A stretch of DNA of 64,000 nucleotides from Anolis carolinensis (Eukaryota). This document shows positions 51,741 through 63,536 of this stretch, piece by piece. A program made the translations under genes and the position numbers. Under the pieces are notes generated by a model that was not told where the DNA came from, ran no database searches, and saw nothing but the letters and a program-made list of their open reading frames with translations. Within the stretch, counting starts at the first letter, position 1. Each line of letters opens with the position of its first letter. The DNA lies in NCBI RefSeq assembly GCF_035594765.1, contig NW_026943820.1, forward strand, positions 29,830,647 to 29,894,646, read 5' to 3'.

Positions 51741-52160
51741 AGGGAGCCCTCGGTGGTACAGCGTGTTAAAGCTTGTGAACTTGTGGACCGAAAAGCTGCA
51801 GGTTTGAATCCGGGTAGCGGGGTGAGCTCCTGCTGTTAGCCCAGCTTCTGCCAGCCTAGCAGTTCGCAAACATGCAAATGTGAGTAGATCAATAGGTACT
51901 GCTCTAGCGGGAAGGTCACTGCACTCCATGCAGTCATGCCAGTGGCCACATGACCTTGGAGGTGTCTATGGACCTGCAAATGTGAGTAGATCAATAGGTA
52001 CCACTCCAGCTGGAAGGTAACAGTGCTCCATGCAGTCATGCCACTGGCCATGTGATCTTGGAGGTGTCTATGGACAACACCGGCTCTTCAGCTTAGAAAT
52101 GGAGAGGAGCACCAAACCCTGACTCGACCGGATTTAACGTCAGGAGAAAACCTTTACCTT
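51741..52160 (+). mobile_element. Sauria SINE with internal ~100-bp duplication
   Basis: Similar to 26357-26658; ACCTTTACCTTT tail. Confidence 0.8.
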
Positions 52161-52285
52161 TATATGTGTTTATAATGTTTTCAATGGGTTGTCTTGTGTT
52201 TTAACTTGTGTTGTTGGGTTTGTCCCCATGTGAGCTTCCACGAGTCCCTTCGGGGAGATGGAGGCAAGATACAAAAATAAAGTTG

Positions 52286-52335
<50 letters not shown>

Positions 52336-52494
52336 GGGTTGTTGTGTGTTTTCCAGGCTGTCTGGCCATGTTCCAGAAGTATTCTCTCCTGACGTTTCGT
52401 CCACATCTATGGCAGGCATCCTCACTACCTCACTAGAGCCCGGAAAACACACAACAACCTTGTGATTCCAGCCATGAAAACCTTCGACCACATA

Positions 52495-52568
<74 letters not shown>

Positions 52569-52679
52569 GATATCTGCCTTGACTTTAGAGCCAGGGAGGA
52601 CAACACGTTGCATTATTTCCACAATTGGAAATGTTCTGGAAAGAAAACCAAGCAGAGTACAATAGTGAATAATGTTTTG

Positions 52680-52685
52680 TTTATT
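52680..52685 (-). terminator. Probable DOK4 polyadenylation signal (implies ~4.2 kb 3' UTR)
   Basis: AATAAA on the minus strand preceded by a U-rich tract. Confidence 0.5.
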
Positions 52686-53288
52686 GACCGAGCAGTTCCA
52701 TTTAAAAGAAAAAGAAAAGAAAGAAAATCAATCCAAATACTTTTGGCAAAAAACAAAACCCATCCATGTAACTAATAATCCCCAGACCAGCCTCCGTGTA
52801 TTATGATCCAAGCATTTGCCGGTCCCGGTTCGTATGGTCCTGTTATCATACTCCAAATGGTTGAGCATCCCTTATCCACATTTGGGGCTTTTTAAAAAAG
52901 AAATGGTTTGGAATATCTTTTGTATTTGCGGATCTGTACATAACGCAGTCTCTTGGAGCCTGGTCCCTGTTATTTTTGGAGAGGCCTTGCCTCCCTTTCC
53001 ACCTGCTTGGAAAGCAACACGCCGAACCCCCTTCCTCCGTGTATACACGCACAGGGTCCAAACACACGGCTATTTACACGTCCAGAGGAGGGAGAAGCGG
53101 CTCCGGCATCGTCGTTTGGAAAACAAGGCGAGAGAGAAGAACCACGCGCACGGTTAAAAAGATAGCCCTTCCGGAAGGTATTCAATAAATAGGAAAAACT
53201 AGAAAAACAATCAATCGCTCCTGTAAAAAAGGAAGGAAGGAAAGGGGAGGAAAGACCAGCCGCTCTGTGGAAAGTGACCCACGTATCT

Positions 53289-53600
53289 CTCTTTGAAGTG
53301 ACTAAATGGACGGCAAAGGGGAGAGAAGACAGTCTCCAAAAAGAAGGAAATGACCGGGTTTTGCATTGAGAACCAACAGAGGATGCGTCTGCACTGGCAT
53401 ATAATGCAGTTCGAAACTGCATTATCTAGCCACTGCAGGCACATCTCTTTGAAGTGACTAAATGGATGGCAAAGGTGAGAGGAGAGAGTCTCCAAAAAGA
53501 AGGAAATGACCAGGTTTTGCATTGAGAACCAACAGAGGATGTGTCTGCACTGGCATATAATGCAGTTCGAAACCACATTATATAGTCACTGCAAGCACAT
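53289..53600. repeat. Direct duplication, 2 x ~155 bp, in the DOK4 3' UTR
   Basis: CTCTTTGAAGTGACTAAATGG at ~53291 and ~53445. Confidence 0.9.
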
Positions 53601-53674
53601 ATAAAAGAGTTTGCATTGAGCTGCACGGTCTGACTCTAAGGCTGCATTACTCTGTCCCTTTGTTTCATCTAGAT

Positions 53675-54632
53675 CAGTGTTTCTCAACCTGGGGGTCGGG
53701 ACCCCTAAGAGGAGGGTCCCAAGAGGGGTTCAGAGGGGTCCCCAAAGACTAGCATTTTCTGTCGGTCATGGATTTTTGTGTGGCACGTTTGGCCCAATTT
53801 GATCCTTGGTGGCATTCAGAATACTCTCTGATTGTAGGTGACCTATAAATCCCAGCAACTACAACTCCCAAATGTCGAGGTCTATTTCTCCCAAACCGCA
53901 CCAGTGTTCACATTTGGGCCTATTGAGTCTTCGTGCCAAGTTTGGTCCAGATCCATCATGGTTTAAGTCCACGGTGCTCTCTGGATGTAGGTGAACTACA
54001 ACTCCCAAACTCAAGGTCTGTGCCACCAAACCCAGTATTTTCTATTGCTCACGGGAGTTCTGTGTGCCAAGTTCGGTTCAATTCCATCGTTGGAGTACAG
54101 AAGGCTCTTTGATTGTAGGTGAAGTATAAATCCCAGCAACTACAACTCCCAAATGGCAAAATCAATGCCGCCTCTCAACCCCATTTGGGCATGTTGTGCC
54201 AAATTTGGTCCAGTGGATGAAAATCCATCCTGCATATCAGATATCAACATTACGATTCATAACTTATTTCCATGATACAGCACTTTATGAAACCTGTCCC
54301 CACTGGTTTGCTTTTAATTACTCTGATTTTATCTGCTTGGATTTTAATGTATTGTCCATTATTTTATTTTGTGTATCGTTGGAATGTTTTAAGTTTTTGT
54401 CAAATATGTTGTGTCGTTTCGGGCTTGTCCCTGTTGTGAGCCGCCCCGAGTCCCTTCGGGGAGATGGGGCAGGATATAAAAATCAAGATTATTATTATTA
54501 TTATAACAGGAGCAAAGTGACAGTGACGAAGTTGCAACGAAAATAATGTGATGGTTTGGGGTGAGGGGCGGTCACCACAACATGATGAACCGTATTAAGG
54601 GGTCGCGGCAGTAGGAAGGTTGAGAAGCACTG
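53675..54632 (+). mobile_element. SPIN-family non-autonomous hAT transposon
   Basis: TIR CAGTGTTTCTCAACCT / AGGTTGAGAAGCACTG; perfect 8-bp TSD ATCTAGAT; 3' end GGTCACCACAACATGA..TATTAA.GGGTCGCGGCA.TAGGAAGGTTGAGAA typical of SPIN/URR1. Confidence 0.85.
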
Positions 54633-55204
54633 ATCTAGATCCACTGACTACAGACCAGTGTGAGGTCCTTCCACATTACGCACTTATATCACTACGATTC
54701 CACTTTAACTCCCATGATTTTATCCAATGTGATCTGCAGTCCTTAGGAATTCCACTGCTGCAGCAAATACCCAATTCCAGGACTATAAAGGTTGTTGCCA
54801 TGGAAGCTGAAGTGGAATCGTGGCCGTCAAATGCACAGGAGCAGTGGCTCGTCAAGATGCTGGCAACCATGTGTTTGCAACGCTCAATGTTGTTGCCGCA
54901 CCGAGGGACCGTCAGTTGGTAAACATTGCAGTCCTCACTATTTCCTAACATTCATTCACATTTGGAAACTGCTTTGTGTTTGGAGAGTTTGCTAGAACAG
55001 ATCTGCAGAACCCACATTTCAAAAGGGATGTTGAGGCCGTTTGCTGTGTCAATGGGACCGTCCAAACCGCTTTTAGGTTTAGTCCGAACTTTCAATGCGG
55101 TTCTGCAAGCAGATTTGGAGGCCAGGTTTCAGATTCTTAGATTACTCCATTTTAAACCTGGATTAAACCCAAAACAGATCTTGTGCTTGCAGTAATTCCA
55201 GGTA

Positions 55205-55526
55205 CGGTAGAGTCTCACTTATCCAAGCTTCGCTTATCCAAGTTTCTGGATTATCCAAGCCATTTTTGTAGTCAATGTTTTCTATATATTGTGATATTTT
55301 GGTGCTAAATTCGTAAATACAGTAATTACAACATAACATTACTGCGTATTGAACTACTTTTCTGTCAAATTTGTTGTAAAACATGATGTTTTGGTGCTTA
55401 ATTTGTAAAATCATAACCTCATTTGATGTTTAATAGGCCTTTCCTTAATCCCTCCTTATTATCCAAGATATTCGCTTATCCAAACTTCTACCGGCCCGTT
55501 TAGCTTGGATAAGTGAGACTCTACTG
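55205..55526. mobile_element. Tc1/mariner-pogo type MITE
   Basis: TIRs plus TA TSD. Confidence 0.85.
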
Positions 55527-56861
55527 TATTATGAACTTTAAAGCCCTTCTCCATCATTGAAATAGGTTCTCAGCAGAATCTTTGTAAAGTTCTGATTGAA
55601 AACCAAAGCGGATTTTTTTGTTTTCTCCCCTAACTTCCATTACACTATGTAACAACATATATTTGTTCCTGGTTTGAAAGTGTTATTTCCTGTTTAATTT
55701 TCCGGTCCTTGCTTGGAAAGTATTTGTTCCGTTCCAGAAACTTTGTTTTTGTGAATGCTACAAACCAGATTGAATTGAGACTCAATGAGATATTGGTTGA
55801 AATGCAAACCCAAATGCGCTCTAGCAGGATGTCCCTCTTGCAAATAACAAAGTTTGAGCAGTTTGATCAATTTGTTTCTATGGTGGAACCAATTAGGAAA
55901 GAGTGACATTGATAACCAGGAACAACAATGGTGTTGCTTAGTGTTATTCTTGGTAAACGAATAAATAAATATCCACAAACAGAATGGGATGCATATTGGG
56001 AGAGGGAGAAAAAAAGGAAGGTAGAGGGACGGCTACAGCTTTGCTCCCACTCGGAATGGACTGCAGCTCCCATCATCCCAACCTGACTTCGGACTGCGGC
56101 TCCCACAATCCCCAACGCAGTCCAAAGAGTCCAAACGGAGAGCACGTCATACTGAGGAAAGTTGGCACACTCTCGGGTCTCCGGTTCAGAGAGTCGAAAA
56201 AACCCAACTGTCTTGCAGAATTGCAAACTTCCCAAACAACAATAAGGTTTCGTTCCTTTTTTGGATCCTCGTGCGGACGCCCCGGTTTTCCCTTTTGGCC
56301 TCAAAAAGCCCCGGTTGATGTCCGACGCCTTCTCTGCCGGGGAGATGTGTCCGGAGCCAAACCTTTCCGATTTTATCTTTTTCGAAACCAAAACAATGAT
56401 TTTATTCTGGAGAATCCAAGTCCCGGCAACTGATCAGGGAAGAATTTGGTTCCATTTCGGGGAAACATGCCGTTGAGAAAAACAACCTACACCGATGCTG
56501 GACAAATCCCAGAAATGTGCATTTGCATAAGAAGAGGGAAAGTCTCTTGATATACGTACAGAATATGCCGTAAGTAATAGGATATATGTAAAATAGGGGG
56601 TCACAACATATAACGGGTCCTCTTCCCTCGTAATTTTCAGGCCACCGAGGTCCCGGTTCTCGGGTCCGGAGTGACTCCTGTGCCAACGCCGCCCCGATCC
56701 AATCCAACCGCAGCCCCAAATCCCGCAGCAAAGGCCGGAGCAGGGACCCCGAACGACAAAAGGGAACCGTCGATGCCGGCGACTCCGCGGCTGACCGCTT
56801 GCTGTGATCCCGAGTCACCGCAGGACGGGCCTCTCTCTCCTTCCGCTCAAGGAACGAAGCC

Positions 56862-59800
56862 TCATTGCGAAGCCGATTTGGGGTCTTTGCTGTCGCTGCT
56901 CTTTCCGCTCGGGGGAGCCTTGGGCTTCAGCAAGATGAAGCGGTTGAGGAGGTCCGTCTCCGAGCTGGCCTGGGGCCCCGGGTACGAATCCCCTGCGGAA
57001 CCAGACAGAGCGGGAATAGCAATCAGCAACGGCCACAGCTCCAGGCGTCACTGCCCGGGAGTAGCGGAGGAACTCACCGCCGTAGTCGGAGGATTCGGCG
57101 ATGTTCTGGGAGCCGGTGATGTGGTGCCAGTAGGCGCTGCGCGGCAGCATCGTGGTGGGCGTGCAGGGGTACGAGTAGTGCTCGGTGCCCTTGTTCAGCA
57201 GCTGCGAGAAGCAGGGAGAGGGTCAGAGCGGTGTCTCCGAGGAAAGAGGAAGGCCGGTGCCCACCGCAGCAGCCCCCAAAGGGAAGGACACCCATGGGTC
57301 AGCACTCAGCCAATGGGACCTGACCCATGTATGCTTGCCCACAATGTCCTGCCTCATGCGCAGAGGAGGAGTTGCTTAAAGCTACAGACAATGCTGTCGC
57401 TGTTGCCCGCTTTTGGTCTAAAACTATTTAGCTGCTTGTGATTCCTTTATTTCATCACTTTTATGCAATGCTTTTGACCCGGGATAAATGAATAACCTGA
57501 CCCAATGGCAATGGTTGCCCTTCCGGGTGGAAATAGCGCCTTCCCAAATGGCAATGCCACATTCTCAGATGACAAGGTGGCTTTTCCAAATGGCAACGCA
57601 CCTTCCCAACATGGCAATGTATCTTCCCGAAATGGCAGGAGCAACTCCTCAAAACAGCAACAGCGCCTTCCCAAATGGAAGTGCTGCCTTCCCAAAGTGT
57701 GCATCGTATCTTCCCAAATGGCAATGGTTAACTTCCCAAGAGGGAATGCCACATTCTCAAATGCCAGTGGCACCTTCCCAAAACGGCAATAGTATGTTCC
57801 CAAAAATGGCAATGGTCAACTCCTCAAAACGGCAATGGCTACCCTCCCAAATGGCCGTGCTACCTTCCCAAGATGGCAACGGCACCTTCCCAAATAGTTA
57901 ACCTCCTAAATGGCAAAGCAATTCCCAAGGTTGCAATTTTACCTTCCCAAATGGCAATGGCTACCCTTCCAGATGGCAACGGTGCCATCCCAAATGGCAA
58001 TGGTCAGCTCCTCAAAATGCCAATGTTGCCTTCCCAAAATGGCAATGGTCAGCTCCTCAAAATGCCAATGTTGCCTTCCCAAATGGCAATGGTACCTTCT
58101 CAGATGGCAATGGTTATCCTTCCAGATGGCAATGCAATTACCAAGGGTGCAATTTTACCTTCCCAAATGGCAATGGCTACCCTTCCAGATGGCAACGCAG
58201 TGGATTACCTTCTGGATGGCAAAAATGGCAGTGCCGCCTTCTCAAATGGCAGTGGCCCCTTCCCTAATGCCCGTGCTATCTTCCCAAACGGCAATGGCTA
58301 ACCTCCCAAGGGTTCTGGGTGTGAAATGAACCACCCCGGGGGGTCTCGCTCACCCGCACGTTCTTCTCCATCTCCATGAGGACGCGCTTGTGCTGCTCGG
58401 CGATGGCCAGGGTGGCGGTGTGGACGCGCTGGTAGATCTGCTCCCCTTCCTGGGTCTGGAAGGTGTAGAGACCCTCCCCGGCGTCACACATCCTGCTGAG
58501 ACGGGGAGACGGACGGACGGACAGGGAAGGGCAGTGGCATCAAGAGCGAGTGGCAGGGGATGGATGGGGCTCCTCGGCCTTATGGCTGGGAGCATTGCAT
58601 TCTGTATTTGTGTCCCTGAGTGCTTTCAAGCCATCTTGGAGCACCCCATAGCGTGCATCTCTGCACTGTAGAATGGATGTAGTCTGATTCCACTTTAACT
58701 GCATTCCTTCTCTAGCGCAGGTCAGGTATGGGCAAACTTCAGCCCTGAGGTCAGTTTTGGACTTCAACTCCCACAGTCCCCCATAGCCCACCAATGAGAA
58801 CCTTGAGCTCCCACCTCCAAGCCCGTGCGCCCGGGGCCTTCCTACCTGCCGGCCTCGAAGGTGAACCGCGTGGCGTCCCGGCCGTAGCGGCGCAGGGAGC
58901 AGAGGGGCCACGAGACCAGCTTGACCCGTGGGTTGTGCATGTCCCAGAGGTAGATGTTTTCGTGCGTGATCTGCAGCTTGCACTCGCCGTAGATGTCCAG
59001 GTTGGGACAGGGCAGGAGGAAGACGTTGAAGCGCTCTGCGGGAGGGAGGGAGGCGGACCGAGAAAGGAAGCGGTCAGTGCGGGAAGGGCGAGGCGGAAGG
59101 TTCCCAAGGTGAACGTGGGGAAAGCCCAGAGGCGGCTTACATTATGCCATCGCTTCTCTTGGTCTGCATGCCTCCCCATCGACCCTGTTTCCCCCAAAAT
59201 AAGACCTAGCCTGAATTTATTTATTTATTTATTTAGTCACGTCAGAAGTAAACCAAGGGTACAAGTTGTAATGTATTTGCAAACACAAACAAAGTTAAAA
59301 GAACTTGGTATGATATTCAATGCTGGCCACTTGGAGTAAGGCCTCTGGTGTTGCTGTGGGAAGGGCCTCCATGGTGCACATGGAAGGGCTCAGGCTGCGT
59401 TGTAGTCAGTGGTCTGTGGTCTGCTCTTCTCCACATTCACATGTCGTGGACTCCACTTTGTGGCCCCATTTCCTAAGGTTGCTCTAGCACCATGAGATGT
59501 AGAGTCTCTGGCAAATTGGAATAATAGTTTCATCTATGCTGACAATAGTGCCATCACCACCCAATAGCTTCCTAAGATCTACAGAGATACTTGGAAAAAC
59601 ACCTCAGCAAGCGAGAGTCCAAAAGTGGCAGGCTAAAACCCGGAACCTCAATCAGTGGCTGAGACCAGATGAGAGACTCTCTCCTGGGTGCACAGAAGAC
59701 GGAGCCACTTGGAAGGGGCTGAACAGACTGTGTTCTGGGATTATGAGATGCAAAACCAGCCCTAGGAAATGGGGCCACGGAGTGGAGACCACGACATGCG

Positions 59801-60585
59801 AGTGTGGAGAAGAGCAAACCACAGGCCATGGAATACAATGCAGCCTGAGCCCTGCCACATGCACAAGGGAGGACCTCATAGCAACACCAAGTAGCCAGAT
59901 TCTCGTCAAAGGACATTTACTATCATGCCAAGTTTTTAAAACTTTGTTTATGTTTGCAAATACATTGCAACTTGTACCCTTGTTTTGCTTCTGACACGAT
60001 AAATAAACAACCATTCCTTGCAATGGGAGGCCCTTCCGGAAGTGTTTCTTCCCTCCGCACAATCCCTTCTTGCAGGGCAAATTAAAGCTCCCGCCGCCCG
60101 CTGCTCACCGGTCTGCTCGCACTGCACCCCGGGCGCCAGCAAGTCCGGTTCTCCGAGGCTGATGTCGTTGAGCCGGGCGCCCAGGCACTCCACCGACAGC
60201 GTCTTGTACCACTCCTCCGCTTCCAGCTCTGCAACATCCGGACAGCGCCGGGCGTTAGGAACACACCGGCTCTAAGCAAGAATGCATGCGAGGCTCCCGA
60301 GGCAAATGAGGAATGCGGACGGCCTCCCTGGAGCCCTGAGAGGACTTTGGCCACTTCCCAGGCATCCCAACACCAGTAGTCCCCACATTAGGAACAAGAT
60401 GGGCTCTGCAGGTTTGTTCTTAAGTTGCATTGACATGTCAAGTGTGGGCGGCAGTTGCTCCAGCACTTACCGGACTCGCAGGTGAACGTCCGGGCCGAGT
60501 CGTCGGTGAAAACGATGGCCACGGCTTGCCGCTTGGTCTCCTTGGGCAGCCGCGTGATGCACTTGACGTTGCTGATCTCCGTGAC
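56862..60585 (-). CDS. DOK4: Docking protein 4 (PH/PTB adaptor); 3' part, first coding exons lie right of the window
   Basis: Exons 60585-60471, 60228-60109, 59035-58846, 58492-58354, 57201-57078, 56992-56862; [45 protein letters not shown]. Confidence 0.96.
57500..58310. repeat. Degenerate minisatellite (core CCTTCCCAAATGGCAATG)
   Basis: More than 20 co-oriented (A/G)ATGGC cores within a DOK4 intron. Confidence 0.9.
59221..60005. mobile_element. Two Vingi LINE 3' ends in inverted orientation
   Basis: Minus copy ~59221-59515, plus copy ~59565-60005 ending GCTTCTGACACGATAAATAAA; peptide [24 protein letters not shown]. Confidence 0.75.
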
Positions 60586-60689
60586 CTGCCAAGAAGCCAG
60601 AGGTTCTGTCGCTGGATTCATTCCAAACTTCAAAGAAAGTCTGCCAAACTCTGAGCCTAGCACTGACACTGACATAATATTAATATCAT

Positions 60690-60724
60690 GAGCTTCCCCA
60701 TGACATCTGATGTGTGCCGGTGGG

Positions 60725-60780
<56 letters not shown>

Positions 60781-60851
60781 TGGGACCCTAAGCTGAGTCT
60801 GAGAGAGGAGTGCTTCCCCATGACATCTGATGTGTGCCAGTGGTGTTAATA

Positions 60852-60920
<69 letters not shown>

Positions 60921-61460
60921 GGGACCCTAAGCTGAGTCTGAGAGAGGAGTGATTCCCCGTGACATCTGATGTGTGCCAGTGGGTGTTAATATTAATATTA
61001 TTATTATTAATAATTATTATTATTCTGGGACCCTAAGCTGAGTCTGAGAGGGGAGTGCTTCCCCATGACATCTGATGTGTGCCAGTGGGTGTTAATATTA
61101 TTATTATTATTATTATTAATATTAATAATATTAATAACAATAGTTATTCTGGGACCCTAAGCTGAGTCTGAGAGAGGAGTGCTTCCCCATGACATCTGAT
61201 GTGTGCCAATGGGTGTTAATATTATTGTTATTATTATTATTAATATTATTAATATTAATAACAATAGTTATTCTGGGACCCTAAGCTGAGTCTGAGAGAG
61301 GTCTGCTTCCCCATGACAGCTGATGTGGACCAATGGGTGTTAATATTATTGTTATTATTATTATTAATATTATTAATATTAATAACAATAGTTATTCTGG
61401 GACCCTAAGCTGAGTCTGAGAGAGGTCTGCTTCCCCATTACATCTGATGTGTGCCAATGG

Positions 61461-61505
<45 letters not shown>

Positions 61506-61512
61506 TTCTGGG
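60690..61512. repeat. Seven-unit tandem array with variable (ATT)n interiors
   Basis: CTTCCCCATGACATCTGATGTGTGCC..GGGTGTTAAT[ATT]n CTGGGACCCTAAGCTGAGTCTGAGAG. Confidence 0.92.
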
Positions 61513-62210
61513 AAAGACCCAAACATTTTAAAAGTTGGTGGGCTAAAAGGGGTTGAAATGCCCTTCGTGTGTGGCGATTTTCACAAAATGAAACTACACA
61601 AAACAAACAGTAATTCCACATGAATGCACACCACTACCTCAATTTGTGTTAGATAGGTACCATTATCGCGCAAGCCTATACAGAGCCCAGAATGCCGTAT
61701 CATGGAGCCCCGGCTGCTAATGTGATCCTGAAGTGCTCCGATGTGTGGTGTGGATGGGTTCCCACCAGCTCCAGAAACGGAGGCGAGGCCCGTGTTGCGC
61801 AGCGATGGGCTTTGCGACCGACCCGGTTGCGCAGCTCCGAAGGCAGAGCAAAAGGCAATCATAAAACGGGGTTATTTCCCAGCACAACGGCTCCCTGGGG
61901 CCCAGATGTTGTTCTTCCTTCCAATATGTTGTGTCGCACAACGGTGCCCCGGGGAGGCATCGAGGGATAAGAGCGGGAACATTTGCCGGAGTGACAAAAT
62001 GTTGCAGAGCGTTGCACAGAGGAGACGATCGCAGAGAGGTTATTGCTTCGCAACGTTTCCAAAAAGAGCTTCTTTGCAGCAGACGGGACTGGGATCCACG
62101 ACTGGAAGACGTCAGCTTTTGGGGAGACGAGGGTTTCCCGAAGCCCTTCAAGCAGCCAGAGACTTGGAAGACGCAGGATTCAGATTCTCCCATGCTCTGA
62201 CCATTTGGAC

Positions 62211-63277
62211 CAGGGGTCCCCAAACTAAGGCCCGGGGGCCGGATGCGGCCCTCCGAGGTCATTGACCCGGCCCCCGCCCTCAGTTTTATAATATAATCTA
62301 CTAGCTGTGCCCGGCCACGCGTTGCTGTGGCAAAGTCTGGTGGCATGGGAAATAAAGTATTGAGGATTTGGTAGTAGTTAAGGTCAAGGGTCAAGGTGCC
62401 GGCCTGTTTTTGTTGGATAAGTGAGACTCTACTGTATATGTATAATCTTATATTATCTGCTTAGAACTGGATTATATGAGGCCCCTTCTACACAGCTGTA
62501 TAAAATGCACACTGAAGTGGATTATGTGGCAGTGTGGAGTCAAGATAATGCAGTTCAAAGCAGGTAATATAAGATTCTAAATGGGTTATATAGCTGTGTG
62601 GAAGGGCCTTGAGTCTACACTGCCATATAATCCAGTGCAAATCTGATAATCAGTATTTATAGGCAGTGTGGAAGAGGCCTAAGTGAGGCCTAACTCTGCC
62701 TGTCCCCTGGGCTGAGTGGGTTGCTAGGAGACCAAGTGGGCGGAGCTTAGCCTTCTAACTGGCAGCAATTGGATAGAAACAATTATTCCTCTCCCTCTAA
62801 TTAGGACTTTATTTTTCTTTTCTTTTTGTTGTATGAACATAGAGGCATGGATGAGGGGTTGTGCTGCCAAGTTTAGTGTTTCTGGGATGTGTAGTTTTGT
62901 TGTTTTGTCCTAGGCCGAAATTTCATTACCCTTTTATATATATAGATTGTATATACATATAATATTGATAATAATATTATAATGTAATACAATATAACAC
63001 TAATAATAATACCATATAATAATATTAGTTATATATTCTATATTACATATACTATTACTAATAATATTACAGTATAATGGTATAGTTCAATAAAGTAATA
63101 TATAATGCTAATATTGTGCTATGCTAATAATATAATATATTGTATGTACGTATAATGTGTAAGCCACTCTGAGTGGGGTGAGAAGGGTGTGATACAAATG
63201 TAGTAAATAAATGCAGTAAATAAATAAATACATTTTAGACTTAGGCTCGCCCAAAGTCTGAAATGACTTGAAGGCAC

Positions 63278-63332
<55 letters not shown>

Positions 63333-63450
63333 CCCTAATTAACTTGACTATCTCATTGGCCAGAAGCAGAAGCACACTTCCCACTGAAATCCTGATAAAT
63401 GTATGTTGGTTAAAATTATTTTTATTTTTAAATATTGTATTGTTCTTTCG

Positions 63451-63483
<33 letters not shown>

Positions 63484-63536
63484 TTGCACTACAAATAAGA
63501 CATGTGCCCTTGGCTTAAAATGTTTGAGGACCCCTG
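62211..63536. mobile_element. hAT MITE hosting a nested Helitron
   Basis: TIR CAGGGGTCC; TSD ATTTGGAC/ATTTAGAC (7/8). Confidence 0.8.
62301..62946 (-). mobile_element. Non-autonomous Helitron
   Basis: Same termini as 49556-50066, inserted between A and T. Confidence 0.85.

Noticed and set aside
56671-57441. 256-aa plus-strand ORF
   Set aside because: Antisense shadow of GC-rich DOK4 exons; no recognisable domain
57488-58329. Repetitive ORFs (PSQMAM/PNGNG)
   Set aside because: Arise from a stop-poor minisatellite within an intron, open in several frames
60690-61512. CRISPR-like repeat/spacer appearance (also 26925-27256 and 46890-47600)
   Set aside because: Eukaryotic intron, repeats too long, spacers are microsatellites, no cas genes
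61717-62394. 225-aa minus-strand ORF as possible upstream DOK4 exon
   Set aside because: Runs through Helitron and hAT ends and lacks the expected DOK4 N-terminal PH sequence
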